Below, piece by piece: positions 1 through 10,532 of a DNA stretch of 64,000 nt. The notes beneath the pieces were generated by a model. It made no database searches. It was not told the origin of the DNA and saw only the letters and a program-made list of their open reading frames with translations. Position numbers and translations under genes: made by a program. The first letter of the stretch is position 1; every line of letters starts with the position of its first letter. Origin of the DNA: a virus (taxonomy: Duplodnaviria; Caudoviricetes); the IMG/VR virus record IMGVR_UViG_2721755344_000003, positions 1 to 64,000 of that record; one strand, given 5' to 3'.

Positions 1-682
1 CCTGGCGTAAATGAAATAGATTCTTCTGAGCAAGTTCTTCTCTGAAATCAAGAGGTTCAAACCGCATCTTATATTCAATCTGTTTAAGATCTTTGTCAAG
101 AAAAAATGTCTGTCTTCTAAGTTGTAATTCTGCAAGATTCATCATCTGGTTGATCCTGCCCTCTGCCATCTTAAGCATCTGAAATTGTTTCATTGCTTCA
201 GGATCCTGTGGTTGTTGCTGAAGTATCTGTTGAAGTTCTGTACGTTTACCTACGATCTCAGTTATTGCCGTCATAATCCCCTGGTATACCGATTGAACTC
301 TAAACTCAAGTTCTGAAGCCATCCTCTGAATTTTCTTCTTATATTTTCTGTCCAGACTCTCCTTATCTACAGCAAGAACATTAAAAGTAAAGAACCTACG
401 TGCCTGTTGAGATATTAACCTATTTAACCGTGGTCTTACAATACCTATAAACCGTACTTTGGCAGGAAGTAAATAAGTATTCTTATTCTCAGCGTCTTCA
501 AACTTATTCAGGTAATCAAAATCTTTCTCATTATATTTCTCATTATATAGGTTCCAGCATACCAAATCCTGTTTCTTTGAAGCATCTTCAGATAAAAGAA
601 TCTTTTTAATTTCCTCTCCCTGATTAATAACCCATTCCGAAGTTTTGGTTTGTTTCTTTACTATTTGATTATGAAGTGGCAT
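1..682 (-). CDS. Portal protein, N-terminal part (runs off the window start; not in ORF track)
   Basis: Manual translation from ATG at 682: MPLHNQIVKKQTKTSEWVINQGEEIKKILL...WNLYNEKYNEKDFDYLNKF...YLLPAKVRFIGIVRPRLNRLISQQARRFFTFNVLAVDKESLDRK..., open for 227 codons to the edge. Resembles crAss-like portal N-termini and lies directly downstream of TerL. Confidence 0.8.
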   Translation of the reverse strand, partial: MPLHNQIVKKQTKTSEWVINQGEEIKKILLSEDASKKQDLVCWNLYNEKYNEKDFDYLNKFEDAENKNTYLLPAKVRFIGIVRPRLNRLISQQARRFFTFNVLAVDKESLDRKYKKKIQRMASELEFRVQSVYQGIMTAITEIVGKRTELQQILQQQPQDPEAMKQFQMLKMAEGRINQMMNLAELQLRRQTFFLDKDLKQIEYKMRFEPLDFREELAQKNLFHLRQ

Positions 683-692
683 GTCTTTATTT

Positions 693-2762
693 TTAATATT
701 TTGCAACTATCCTACCATCTGATCCTATTGTATAATACATACCTGGTGTCTTCTCTGTTTTCTTTTTACGTGCAACTATCTCAAGACTCATCTCATCATC
801 CTGAAGTACAGTACATAGAGATGAAGCAATAGTTATATCACAATTATACTTCTTACCAGTAGGATCATAAATGAATTTTGCCCATGCTCTTAATAGTTGA
901 GGTATATCGCAATTTTCTACATTCTCTCTGTTGGACAAATATTCTTTCTGCATCTTAAGCCATTCTGGTTTAGTTGCCGGATCTATACCATATATATTCT
1001 GAGTTCTGGAATCATCAACAAACTTTGCAATAACAAACCGTGGACGTTCTTTTAATAGTCCTGCCAATCTATTACGTTTATACCAATCGATTATTCTTAT
1101 CTTACTATATTCAACAAGATTAATAGAATTCCAATACATTGTAGCCATCGCAGTATGTTCAAAGAACACTTCTGCACCACCTTGTGCTGTGGTAGGACGT
1201 TCAAGAATCAATGCAACATATTTATTATACGTGGTATTAGCATTAAGAAATCCTTTCTTTACTGTACATGCACCCATAGACGTTGTACTGAAAGCCTCAT
1301 CCTGATCGTAAGAGTCAGTAGCAGTCTTATAAAGATTATCATAGACAGCCTTATAAGAATATCCTGTATCGTCTTTATAAGAATATGTCTCCGGATGTTC
1401 AGCAATCCATATCCATCCACTATCCGGATCCACTTCTGCACGTACACCTGCCCATGGATTAGTAGGATCTTTCCATTCAAGACGATAAAGTGTACAAAAC
1501 TGATTATCCCTATGAGTATTTATATATGCCAACCGTTCATTACACCACTGCCTAATCTCTTCACCAAAATATCCACCTTTGCCTACCATGAATATTTGAG
1601 AAGGTTTAATTGGTTTGAGGGTCATAAAAGTTATTCTCTCACTTGGTTTTTTATTTGCAGTTTCTTGTTCTATTTTTTCAATAGATTCCTTTACAAGACT
1701 ATTTCCTTCATCATCAATTTTCTCAAATAGATAAGCAGGGATAAATCTTGCTATCTTAGATTCTGCACCTTCCTCATAATAATTATTAAATTCAAGTAAA
1801 TTAAATGCTTTAGGATCATAAAACATTTCTTGCATATCATCTACACCTTCCTCTATATCTCCCCCGGTTCCTGTGTAAGTAAACCAACCTGTTTTATGTC
1901 CTTCTGCTTCCAGGGAAACTTCAATAAATGACTTAACAAGTTTAACAAGTCCACGCTTGAATATCCCTATCTCTTCCATTTTTACCTTTGAAGGAGTAAG
2001 TGATGATGCAGCCTGTTCGTTATTCTTACATGACCTGGAATAAACCTCACTACCAAAATTTTCTGCCTTAACATAATCAGATCTATCTGGAAACTTAGGT
2101 TTATAAAACTGAGTGTTACGAATATTTTCTATCCCTCTATGAAAAAATCCCATGGTCTGTTCATTATAGAAATCTTCACCACCAAGAACCACTGTCTGAC
2201 TATCCGGATAGAACATAAACTCATATGCCATATCACATGCTTCCTCTTCACTCAATCCACGTTGTCTTGCCTTTGCCCAGAGATTATCCTTTCCTTCTCT
2301 ATACATCCTATCTCTTATCCACCAGTTCATCCAACTAAGGTCAGTAAACCGTGGATGTATTAAAGTCTTACGTTGTACCTTTGGATTATAACCTTTTATC
2401 CACCAGAAATTAAGATAGAAATAATGTCTTCCTGTAATTCTCACAGTAGATCCTTTTATCGTAATATCAAGATCTGGAATATACCTATCACCATTATCAA
2501 GTAATTTGATATTCCATCCTTCTACCAATGCATCCCCACCACTCTCTATTGCATCATCAACACTATAACCATTGATACAACGATCCCTCTGCATATACCA
2601 CCAATTCTCATCAATAACAATATTCTTTCTGATAAAGAACTTATCAAATTCCTTTTTAGTAATAGGTATCTGTTTTGGATCTATATGAAATAGATCTGAA
2701 GATGCTGGTACATCACCTAAAAAAATAACTGGTGAAAATCTTTTTGTGCCTATGAATTTCAT
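693..2762 (-). CDS. terL: Terminase large subunit
   Basis: HYFYLNFWWI motif, Walker A-like KARQRGLS, Walker B-like KMEEIG, coupling motif YTGTGG, RNase H-like nuclease DSYDQD; adjacent to portal. Confidence 0.92.
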   Translation of the reverse strand: MKFIGTKRFSPVIFLGDVPASSDLFHIDPKQIPITKKEFDKFFIRKNIVIDENWWYMQRDRCINGYSVDDAIESGGDALVEGWNIKLLDNGDRYIPDLDITIKGSTVRITGRHYFYLNFWWIKGYNPKVQRKTLIHPRFTDLSWMNWWIRDRMYREGKDNLWAKARQRGLSEEEACDMAYEFMFYPDSQTVVLGGEDFYNEQTMGFFHRGIENIRNTQFYKPKFPDRSDYVKAENFGSEVYSRSCKNNEQAASSLTPSKVKMEEIGIFKRGLVKLVKSFIEVSLEAEGHKTGWFTYTGTGGDIEEGVDDMQEMFYDPKAFNLLEFNNYYEEGAESKIARFIPAYLFEKIDDEGNSLVKESIEKIEQETANKKPSERITFMTLKPIKPSQIFMVGKGGYFGEEIRQWCNERLAYINTHRDNQFCTLYRLEWKDPTNPWAGVRAEVDPDSGWIWIAEHPETYSYKDDTGYSYKAVYDNLYKTATDSYDQDEAFSTTSMGACTVKKGFLNANTTYNKYVALILERPTTAQGGAEVFFEHTAMATMYWNSINLVEYSKIRIIDWYKRNRLAGLLKERPRFVIAKFVDDSRTQNIYGIDPATKPEWLKMQKEYLSNRENVENCDIPQLLRAWAKFIYDPTGKKYNCDITIASSLCTVLQDDEMSLEIVARKKKTEKTPGMYYTIGSDGRIVAKY

Positions 2763-3394
2763 CTTAATCCTGTTTCTTTTGTATCAAAAAGATAACCTTT
2801 CTTACCTTCTATAATCTTTTCTGAAGCAATCATCTGTTCATATTTCTTCTGCAAATCATATATCTCGCCAATACTTTTATAGATCTTCATCTTTTCTATT
2901 GAATTATCAACTTCAATTTGTTTCTTTACTTTCCTTATATCCGGAGATTCATCTGTACCAAAGTTGATATCAAGTTCGACGAAGATCTTTTTCTTCATCG
3001 AAATCTTATTAAGTTCCTCAATAGTCTTCTCCATATCATCAAATAACTTCTCTTGAAACCGTTCCAGTTTACTCTTGGAGTATTCATTAAATTCTTCAAT
3101 AGCTTTTACAATAAGTTTATTCTCCAAATATTCTTCAGGATCTCTCTCTTTATCCACCCACTTATCTCGGGCAGCAATGGTACATCTGTTCTTGAAAAAT
3201 ATGTTCTGAAATGGACTACCATGTTCACCAATGGCATATACATAGAAAATAAAGGCTATGGTTGAACGAAAGAATTTCTTGCCGGAAGAACTATCATCTT
3301 CGTACAATCGTAGAAATGCAGGTATCTGTTTACCTTCCTTAGTAATCTTCACCTGACCATCTACAGAATCAATATATAATATTACTATACTCAT
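2759..3394 (-). CDS. Conserved phage protein upstream of TerL (possible small terminase subunit)
   Basis: 211 aa, helical/coiled-coil C-terminus, ATGA overlap with terL; function inferred from position only. Confidence 0.4.
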   Translation of the reverse strand: MSIVILYIDSVDGQVKITKEGKQIPAFLRLYEDDSSSGKKFFRSTIAFIFYVYAIGEHGSPFQNIFFKNRCTIAARDKWVDKERDPEEYLENKLIVKAIEEFNEYSKSKLERFQEKLFDDMEKTIEELNKISMKKKIFVELDINFGTDESPDIRKVKKQIEVDNSIEKMKIYKSIGEIYDLQKKYEQMIASEKIIEGKKGYLFDTKETGLR

Positions 3395-3606
3395 AAATAA
3401 TTTTGTATAAATTTCTCAAGTGAATCAATCTTATCTTTATACTGTCCTTGCCACATCATACCTCTAAAAACAAAAATTACTACAATAACTAAATAAAACC
3501 GTACATTGAAATTAAATACATAAGAACAGATAATTAACCCTATTGTAAATAATAAGAATATCATACTTGGTTTATCCATCCATATATATCGTAATATCTT
3601 TTTCAT
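3391..3606 (-). CDS. Small two-TM membrane protein
   Basis: 71 aa with two hydrophobic stretches; 4-nt overlaps with both neighbours. Confidence 0.55.
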   Translation of the reverse strand: MKKILRYIWMDKPSMIFLLFTIGLIICSYVFNFNVRFYLVIVVIFVFRGMMWQGQYKDKIDSLEKFIQNYL

Positions 3607-5240
3607 GTATTAACAATTACATCATTATTGTTATCAATATGTATAAGCATAGCCGCATCTGAAGCAATTGATCTTGCTTCATTATCTCCTGCTATATCAA
3701 TAGAAGAATTTGTTATGCCTACATCATCTATTCCTCCACCACCCGAAAGACCTATTAGACAATCATCAACCATTTCCGTTAACCATGTACAATTATTACA
3801 ATGAACTATTATTCCATTTTTCGCTGCCCATCCATCATTATAATTACCCCATCCCTCAACAGTGTCCCAGGTAACATCTGTATCATCGAGAATAATGGTC
3901 TCTAAAAAATCTAACTGATATAATCTTGAAGCATCTCCAGTTATTGCTGTAGTATTAAGATCAAGATATTCAAGTTTTTCAAGACCAGTATACCAATTTG
4001 ATATCGAACCTATAACTGCCGTAGTTTGTAAATCCAAATATTCAAGATTATTAAGATTAACAAAATTTGTTATAGTCCCACTAACTGCCGTTGAAGCATT
4101 GATAATAAGATGTTGTAAATTAGAAAGATTGTACCAACCCTGTAATCCTCCAACAAGTCCAGTAACATTATAAAAGTTAACATATTCTAGATTTGTCATA
4201 TTCATCCAATATGTCAAACTACCTGTTACTGATGTTGCAGAAAGATCAACATATCTTAAATTATGTGCATGTGAAGATACACCATACCCAAGATCCCCTG
4301 TAATAGTATTACTATAAAGTATAACTTCCTCAATATCATTATACGTTAAAAACCATGCACAACTTCCAGTAAGATTACATCCAGGCATATCAATAATTTT
4401 AAGATTCCATAATGCTGTCCATCCAGTTATTACACCTGAAGATATAACATTTGGTTCCATATGAATCTCTTCGATAGACGACATAGTATTCCATGTAGTA
4501 ACAACACCTGTCATACCATCTGTTCTGCCAAGATTAAGATATTCCAGATTAATAAGTGATCCCCAATCTGTATATGAACCGGTAAGAGCATAACTTCTTT
4601 GAAGATTAATGTGTGTAAGGCCAGTTAGATTCTTTAAGTTAGTCATTATACCAGTTAATATTGGATTATAACTTAAATCAATATATGATAGTGATGTCCA
4701 TTTTAATATCCATGATATATCCCCACTTATATTTTGATTATTAATATCAAAATAAGTTACTGCATTAATATCACAATTGAATTTTATATCGTATGTTCCT
4801 GGAGAAGTATACTTACTTGTAACAACAATAAGTGAAGATCCAAGACCTTCAATAGTTTCATTAGTGCCATTCCCCCAATCAATAATAAAAGGTTTACCTG
4901 AATTTATTTTAAAATTAAATATACATTGAGTTGCACCATAAACAAATATAAGTGGTCCATAATAAGTTACTGCAGGCACTGCAGGAACTCTCAATATTCT
5001 ATCAATCCTATCCCTTAGAATATCCATTAATGCTTTAGTGATGAAATTGTCCACATCGGGATTTGTCTTTGAATAATACCGATCAATAATCTTCATATAT
5101 CCAGTAAGAAAACATGCCTGAATATATAACATCAATCGATTTCTCCCTATACCTACTCTTTCTTTTATAGCAAGATTACTCATCCATAATTGATAGGCAT
5201 TTTTTACAGTAACAATATATGCAGCAACTTCTGGTGTCAT
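3603..5240 (-). CDS. Leucine-rich repeat protein with PKD-like domain, probably virion-associated
   Basis: About 12 tandem 23-25 aa repeats of type (L/V/I)tGxxxxwxxLxxLeylxLxxt; preceding IDWGNGT PKD-like motif; located in the late operon. Confidence 0.8.
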   Translation of the reverse strand: MTPEVAAYIVTVKNAYQLWMSNLAIKERVGIGRNRLMLYIQACFLTGYMKIIDRYYSKTNPDVDNFITKALMDILRDRIDRILRVPAVPAVTYYGPLIFVYGATQCIFNFKINSGKPFIIDWGNGTNETIEGLGSSLIVVTSKYTSPGTYDIKFNCDINAVTYFDINNQNISGDISWILKWTSLSYIDLSYNPILTGIMTNLKNLTGLTHINLQRSYALTGSYTDWGSLINLEYLNLGRTDGMTGVVTTWNTMSSIEEIHMEPNVISSGVITGWTALWNLKIIDMPGCNLTGSCAWFLTYNDIEEVILYSNTITGDLGYGVSSHAHNLRYVDLSATSVTGSLTYWMNMTNLEYVNFYNVTGLVGGLQGWYNLSNLQHLIINASTAVSGTITNFVNLNNLEYLDLQTTAVIGSISNWYTGLEKLEYLDLNTTAITGDASRLYQLDFLETIILDDTDVTWDTVEGWGNYNDGWAAKNGIIVHCNNCTWLTEMVDDCLIGLSGGGGIDDVGITNSSIDIAGDNEARSIASDAAMLIHIDNNNDVIVNT

Positions 5241-5857
5241 GATAAACTATTTAAACGATTTTGAAGAGCAACAAATATATTAGTAACATAAAGGATCCTT
5301 GCCTCATCATCTGTGGCAAATATCGCTTCATAATGAGCATAGTCAACTAAAGGACGAACTATATCTTCCCAATCCTGATCTTTATATTCATTGAGTAGTG
5401 TCATTGATGCAATAGCATCAGGAGCATTAATAAGTCCTTCGTAAACTATCACCATTACAAATCCAATAATCGGTGCAATCTTACTTGTCATATCCCATGG
5501 TCCTGTTGACGGTGCAGTATCAACAGAATAATCCAGAAGATATACTGCATCAACAATCTCCTCTCCGGATGTTCCACCAAGATCACCTGCATCCAAAGTA
5601 AATACAAGTAGATCCTGATCTCCACCAGAAGCAGTGAACACTGACATAACATCTACTATGTACACTTCAGTATCAAGAGTAAATGTTATCGTTGCCACAT
5701 CTATTGCAGCAATCCCAGGATCACCATCAGTTCCCCATCCTGTAGATGTATCTCTTAGAACAATCTGTGTCTTATCAGCAGATTCTTCGTATGAAAGATT
5801 TAAAATTAGTGACATAGTTATCCTTATTATGTTTAAAACAATAACAACTATAATCAT
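5237..5857 (-). CDS. Putative structural protein
   Basis: Acidic, beta-rich 206 aa ORF in the late operon; the true start may be a downstream Met (MSLILNL). Confidence 0.5.
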   Translation of the reverse strand: MIIVVIVLNIIRITMSLILNLSYEESADKTQIVLRDTSTGWGTDGDPGIAAIDVATITFTLDTEVYIVDVMSVFTASGGDQDLLVFTLDAGDLGGTSGEEIVDAVYLLDYSVDTAPSTGPWDMTSKIAPIIGFVMVIVYEGLINAPDAIASMTLLNEYKDQDWEDIVRPLVDYAHYEAIFATDDEARILYVTNIFVALQNRLNSLS

Positions 5858-5904
5858 ATCGGTTCAATCCAGACATGATTAAATATTTTATATCTCAGAG
5901 TCTA

Positions 5905-6423
5905 TTATAACTCTGTAACAATAATCCTATAATAATACTTAACTCTCAAAACTCCTGCAGCAGTTCCCGGTTGTGTCCATGCTGTAGTAGACTTAAGAGT
6001 TAATGGTGTATTTGCTGTTAATGCCTGGTCACTGGCTGATAATGGAACAAGTTGAACAATCTTATCTCCAGCAGCACCTAATAGATCAGCAGATGCAATA
6101 ACAGTTGACAAGGCAACAGCACTGGCACCATTCTGAGCAAATGTATCATTACCACCACCAGTATAAGCAGCAGTAGCATAATCATAGATCAGAGTAGCAC
6201 CAAGAAACTGAAGAACATATCCGGCACCGGGAGCAGGAACAATAGTTGCACCACTGGCATGTCCAAGATCACCAGCATCAGTACCAACAATTTCCGTTGC
6301 TGTTAAAGTAACTTCTGCAGTCCGCAGAGTAGAAACTTTAGTAGAATCCATTGTAAGGGAATAATCGATCTTATTTAATCTTCCCTGGATCCTATCGAAC
6401 CTCTTCATACTTAAAATACTCAT
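5905..6423 (-). CDS. Putative virion decoration/auxiliary protein
   Basis: Ala/Gly/Thr-rich beta protein with IVPAPGAG...YDYATAAY motif of a type common in phage virion proteins. Confidence 0.5.
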   Translation of the reverse strand: MSILSMKRFDRIQGRLNKIDYSLTMDSTKVSTLRTAEVTLTATEIVGTDAGDLGHASGATIVPAPGAGYVLQFLGATLIYDYATAAYTGGGNDTFAQNGASAVALSTVIASADLLGAAGDKIVQLVPLSASDQALTANTPLTLKSTTAWTQPGTAAGVLRVKYYYRIIVTEL

Positions 6424-6440
6424 TGTGTTTAAGTTTTAAA

Positions 6441-7049
6441 TTATTTATTACGCCTAACTTTTATCTTAAATCCTAACTTGAATAAATATACATTTTCATT
6501 AAAGATTCTTTGATACTGTAATCCATAGAGATAATCCTTTTTAGTAATGAGATCTACTCCCCCGCCAAATGCAAAAGTGTTACTATTACCGCCCACAATA
6601 ATAGAGGAATAAAGACCATTATCAGAATTATATACGGTATGCTCAATGATTTGAGGGACAGTGACCGTAATCTTTTCCGTAATCGTATGAATAACTGGTT
6701 CATATCTTCGATCCCATTTAGTTATAAAACCTTGAACAGAAATATTATCCCATATTCTTATATCTTTATTTACGATACTATCCGAATAATGTTTAATTCC
6801 AGTACTATCTTCTACATAGATAAGTGAATCATGTGTCAAATAAACAGTGTCTTTAATCTTGAAAGTATCTGTAATATTAATAATAGTATCAGGTTTAAAA
6901 TTCTTCAAGGAATCATACAGACTCTCACTTATAAGAACTTTTCCTTTTGGGATCCAATAATTCTTACCTCTACACTGCTGCAGAAAAAGAATGTACACTA
7001 TTATTACTACTATCAAAACAAGTACTCCTGACCTTAATAAATTTTTCAT
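6441..7049 (-). CDS. Membrane-anchored or lipoprotein-like protein with C-terminal amphipathic beta strands
   Basis: N-terminal basic plus hydrophobic segment ending in QQC; repeated DT/DS motifs; C-terminus of alternating-hydrophobic strands. Confidence 0.5.
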   Translation of the reverse strand: MKNLLRSGVLVLIVVIIVYILFLQQCRGKNYWIPKGKVLISESLYDSLKNFKPDTIINITDTFKIKDTVYLTHDSLIYVEDSTGIKHYSDSIVNKDIRIWDNISVQGFITKWDRRYEPVIHTITEKITVTVPQIIEHTVYNSDNGLYSSIIVGGNSNTFAFGGGVDLITKKDYLYGLQYQRIFNENVYLFKLGFKIKVRRNK

Positions 7050-7185
7050 GTTATATTATATTCGTATGGACCTACCCCCTCAGTTTCAGTAGATGAACTT
7101 TTATCAAACCCGTGTCCTTGCTTAGTTATAGACATGGACCGCATATCATAATCAGGAAACCAATTTATATCTTTGTTTCTTTTTC

Positions 7186-7857
7186 TCATCTCTTAGTTAA
7201 TAAATATTGTATATCCATTACTGCATTAGTATAATTCTTAATTGCAAAATCTTTTACTTCTTGTGCCTTTGTAAGAAGATCAGGAGATATATCATATCCA
7301 TAACTGTAATCAAAATCAGTAGTTATAGGATATTGTCCTACATTCACATCTCTCCATGCCTTATTAAAATACAGAAAAGATGCTTCATTCATTCCTCTAC
7401 GATGTGTAGGATCCTGCCAACAACGTATACTACTCCAATAAGGACATATAATCTTTGCTAAAGATCCTTTCTTCATTATTCTATGAAGTTCTTCCATGAA
7501 TGCAACAAACCCCTCACTTGGAACAATATTAAAGAACTTAATCATTTCCTTACGAAAATCTGCATAATTAACTTTCTTTCTCAATATATTCTCAAAGGAT
7601 GAAGTAAAACTATCATGAGGTATATGTTCCACATAATGTGAACATATGATCTCATCTGTTGACTCACTCTTAATCGGCCAGGGGAATAATGTTAGATCTA
7701 CAACCTCATCCACTAATCCCGGGACTATAACTTTGTCAACACCAAAAAAACCTTCTACCTTATTTTTACCACATGCAAGATTAAGTTTTGGTTGATTGAT
7801 TGGAAATCTTGAAACTTTTATCTTTCCAACATTGGACTTTTTTACTTTTGTTTTCAT
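7186..7857 (-). CDS. Class I SAM-dependent methyltransferase (Methyltransf_11-like)
   Basis: Motif I KLNLACG, acidic GVD, VDLTLFPWP, DEIICSHYVEHI, ELHRIMKKGS, WQDPTH. Confidence 0.88.
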   Translation of the reverse strand: MKTKVKKSNVGKIKVSRFPINQPKLNLACGKNKVEGFFGVDKVIVPGLVDEVVDLTLFPWPIKSESTDEIICSHYVEHIPHDSFTSSFENILRKKVNYADFRKEMIKFFNIVPSEGFVAFMEELHRIMKKGSLAKIICPYWSSIRCWQDPTHRRGMNEASFLYFNKAWRDVNVGQYPITTDFDYSYGYDISPDLLTKAQEVKDFAIKNYTNAVMDIQYLLTKR

Positions 7858-7939
7858 AAGTTAACTGTTTAATTATTTAAATTACCAAACCATATCATTT
7901 GTAACACATTACATCATAATTTCAAAGTATCATAATGAT

Positions 7940-8656
7940 CTACCAGCAAATATCATTTTCCAAGTCATAATGAGCTACTAACACTCTATTATCACATGCA
8001 AATTTAAATCCTTCCTTCCCTGCTCTTTCATAAAAATAGAGATCCTGGGTATACATTGCGGTACCCTGACCTGGAGTATATTGTTGAACGGTCCTAAACC
8101 ACGGTCTAGGAACCTTCTGGAACATCGAAATCTTAAACAGGTTAAATCCCATACCCAAACCATTGCAGTGCTGTAATACTCCAGGAATAGGTTTCTGAGG
8201 TATAAAATTCTTTGGCATAACATCAGGATTACCATAGATCATTGGTTGTCCTGCCTGTCCTTTTGTCCAATACAATCCCTGGATAACATCATACTTATCC
8301 ATATTCTCATATAACTTCATCAGTCCATCCGGAGGTGGCATATTATCTTCCTCGATAGTAAGAATATATTTCCATTTACTGAACTCTGGATGATTAACTA
8401 CCATTTCGAACATTGAATTATATGCATCACCTACCTCCATCCCAATAGCGAAGAGAGGTCCTAAAACCTTTTGATTCATAGGACGTATTAATCCCATCCA
8501 TGATTGTACAACCTTTGCTGGTATCACACCCCTGGTAGGACAGATAATAACCGTTGATAGATCCTGATATGTCTTAGAATCTTCAAGTCTTCTTGCCGAC
8601 TCATCTAAGTCTCTGTTATGAACTCCTGTATCTGGTACTACAATTTGTGGTTTCAT
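7940..8656 (-). CDS. GT-A fold (GT2-like) glycosyltransferase
   Basis: VIICPTRG first strand, YILTIEEDN (DxD-like), GLGMGFNLF, QDLYF (acceptor-site ED equivalent), terminal AH motif. Confidence 0.8.
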   Translation of the reverse strand: MKPQIVVPDTGVHNRDLDESARRLEDSKTYQDLSTVIICPTRGVIPAKVVQSWMGLIRPMNQKVLGPLFAIGMEVGDAYNSMFEMVVNHPEFSKWKYILTIEEDNMPPPDGLMKLYENMDKYDVIQGLYWTKGQAGQPMIYGNPDVMPKNFIPQKPIPGVLQHCNGLGMGFNLFKISMFQKVPRPWFRTVQQYTPGQGTAMYTQDLYFYERAGKEGFKFACDNRVLVAHYDLENDICW

Positions 8657-8671
8657 AAATTATATATTTAA

Positions 8672-9022
8672 TTATTTCTTACCATTTATTTTAACAAGTT
8701 CAAGATCAATCTCATGTATTCTTTTTATACATTCATCTATTTTCCCCTCGTCACATCTCATATCTTCATTAAGTAAAATATGTCTTTCTTTACAAATTGC
8801 TATATTGGCATTGACATTTGCTTCGATCCTGACAATCGAACTCTCAAGTCTGATAACAGATCCTTCAAGTCTTAAGGATACATTGGATAATTTATTCTCA
8901 TGGTTGTCCAGAAGTTTTCTATTCCTTGACGCAAACCATAGGATAATGATAATTGCCGATGCAAGTAAAGTACTTAATACTGCAATTATTGCTGGCGATA
9001 CTGATATTTGTAAAGTTTCCAT
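8672..9022 (-). CDS. Single-TM protein with coiled coil
   Basis: N-terminal hydrophobic helix followed by heptad-like repeats. Confidence 0.5.
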   Translation of the reverse strand: METLQISVSPAIIAVLSTLLASAIIIILWFASRNRKLLDNHENKLSNVSLRLEGSVIRLESSIVRIEANVNANIAICKERHILLNEDMRCDEGKIDECIKRIHEIDLELVKINGKK

Positions 9023-9047
9023 TTTATTTGTTTACTGTCCATAATAT

Positions 9048-10517
9048 TTATGTTAATACACTTACCTCTGCTAAAAATGGATTAGAAATAGTAACTAATG
9101 TCTCTTCCCCAAATTCACAAACTCCAATTTCCGGTGGATCACCTACCGATTGTCCATCAATATCAGTCTGAGGTATTCCATCTATGTGCACTCCATTACC
9201 AATTCCATCCGATTCAGCCTGTAATTCAAGATCTGTGAATTCAGTTGTGAAGAGAGGATCAGTAATTTGTGCTGTCGCCTCCCATCCTAATATTGTGGAT
9301 CGTGTATAATATGAAGCTCCAATCCATACAAGTACCGTATCAGTACCCGTCTTTGTACTATAATATAAATTATTACTATGTACAATTACATTGTCTGAAC
9401 TTATATCAACTAAATAATCTGCATCAGCATCTTTTGATCCATAAAAAATATTATTTTTAAGTGTAAAGGTTATTCCACTTACTCCATCTGCTTTTAAACA
9501 ACACTCACCGCCCGGATCGTCATCAATTATGACATTATTATAAAAATTAATTACTGTATCCGTATAGGCAATATCATAAAAATAAATTACACCCATATAA
9601 GCCTCAGTAATTGCACTGGCATAAAAAATATTATAATATATCTCTTTATTTGTAATTGGAGAACTTTCCATATTTAATTCGGCATAAACAGGACTTGAAG
9701 TCATTATGACTTTATTGTAGCGAATTATTACATCGTTTTGAGTCAATGAATAGCAGCCGATTCCGGGAGCCGGAGTAGAACCTTGAATTATTTCGTTATG
9801 TTCAATAATACAACCATCAATGTTTTTATTTAAAAATATATGGCTTCCTGCCGGGTTTACTGTATAATGGTGAACTTCAGTAATATAATTATATCCTATA
9901 TATGCATCATGTACTTGATATTCAGGTTCTTCAGTGGGGTACTTATAAAGAGCAATGCCGTGTGAAGAAATATTATTTATAGTATTGCCTATAAGAGAGA
10001 TATTATACATATCATTAACATTTGGTCTTACAAGTATTCCACACTCCCATTGTGTATCAGCACCTACGTTCTTTACAGTACATCCCTGTACAGTAATGTA
10101 TCTTTCATCATTTTGAGCAGTTGGACCTTCGTCGCCCGATGTACCACCAATGGCAATTCCATGTCTATTATAATAATTGATATCTACTATTATATTCTTG
10201 AAGATTACATAATCACAACCAGCAATATGAACACCTGAATAATAATTACCACCACCTCCTCCAGTAGTATCTTGAATTGTTGCATTTTCTCCGGTTCCCC
10301 AAAGCGAACCATCCCATGTTATATAAGTTCCAGCAGAACCACCGTGACTAATATCTAATACAAGACCTATTGTCCACGTATCACCCTTTTTCAATGCAAT
10401 TACATCTCCCGGTGTTGTAACATGAGATTCTGCATAATAAAGAGTCTCCCACGGATGATCTTGATCTAATCCCGTATTGCCATTATCTCCCGATGTTGAT
10501 ACATAATATGTTGCCAT
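9048..10517 (-). CDS. Right-handed parallel beta-helix protein (pectate-lyase-like, putative depolymerase/receptor-binding protein)
   Basis: TYYVSTSGDNGNTG...PWETL (DUF1565-like) start; repeated I.I.N/I..N strands; C-terminal TDIDG...PEIG (choice-of-anchor Q-like). Confidence 0.82.
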   Translation of the reverse strand: MATYYVSTSGDNGNTGLDQDHPWETLYYAESHVTTPGDVIALKKGDTWTIGLVLDISHGGSAGTYITWDGSLWGTGENATIQDTTGGGGGNYYSGVHIAGCDYVIFKNIIVDINYYNRHGIAIGGTSGDEGPTAQNDERYITVQGCTVKNVGADTQWECGILVRPNVNDMYNISLIGNTINNISSHGIALYKYPTEEPEYQVHDAYIGYNYITEVHHYTVNPAGSHIFLNKNIDGCIIEHNEIIQGSTPAPGIGCYSLTQNDVIIRYNKVIMTSSPVYAELNMESSPITNKEIYYNIFYASAITEAYMGVIYFYDIAYTDTVINFYNNVIIDDDPGGECCLKADGVSGITFTLKNNIFYGSKDADADYLVDISSDNVIVHSNNLYYSTKTGTDTVLVWIGASYYTRSTILGWEATAQITDPLFTTEFTDLELQAESDGIGNGVHIDGIPQTDIDGQSVGDPPEIGVCEFGEETLVTISNPFLAEVSVLT

Positions 10518-10532
10518 AATTAATCAATTATA

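Noticed and set aside
693-2762. Intein or intron in TerL or RNAP, common in crAss-like phages
   Set aside because: No C...HN splice-junction or LAGLIDADG motifs were seen, and the catalytic motifs lie in uninterrupted frames.
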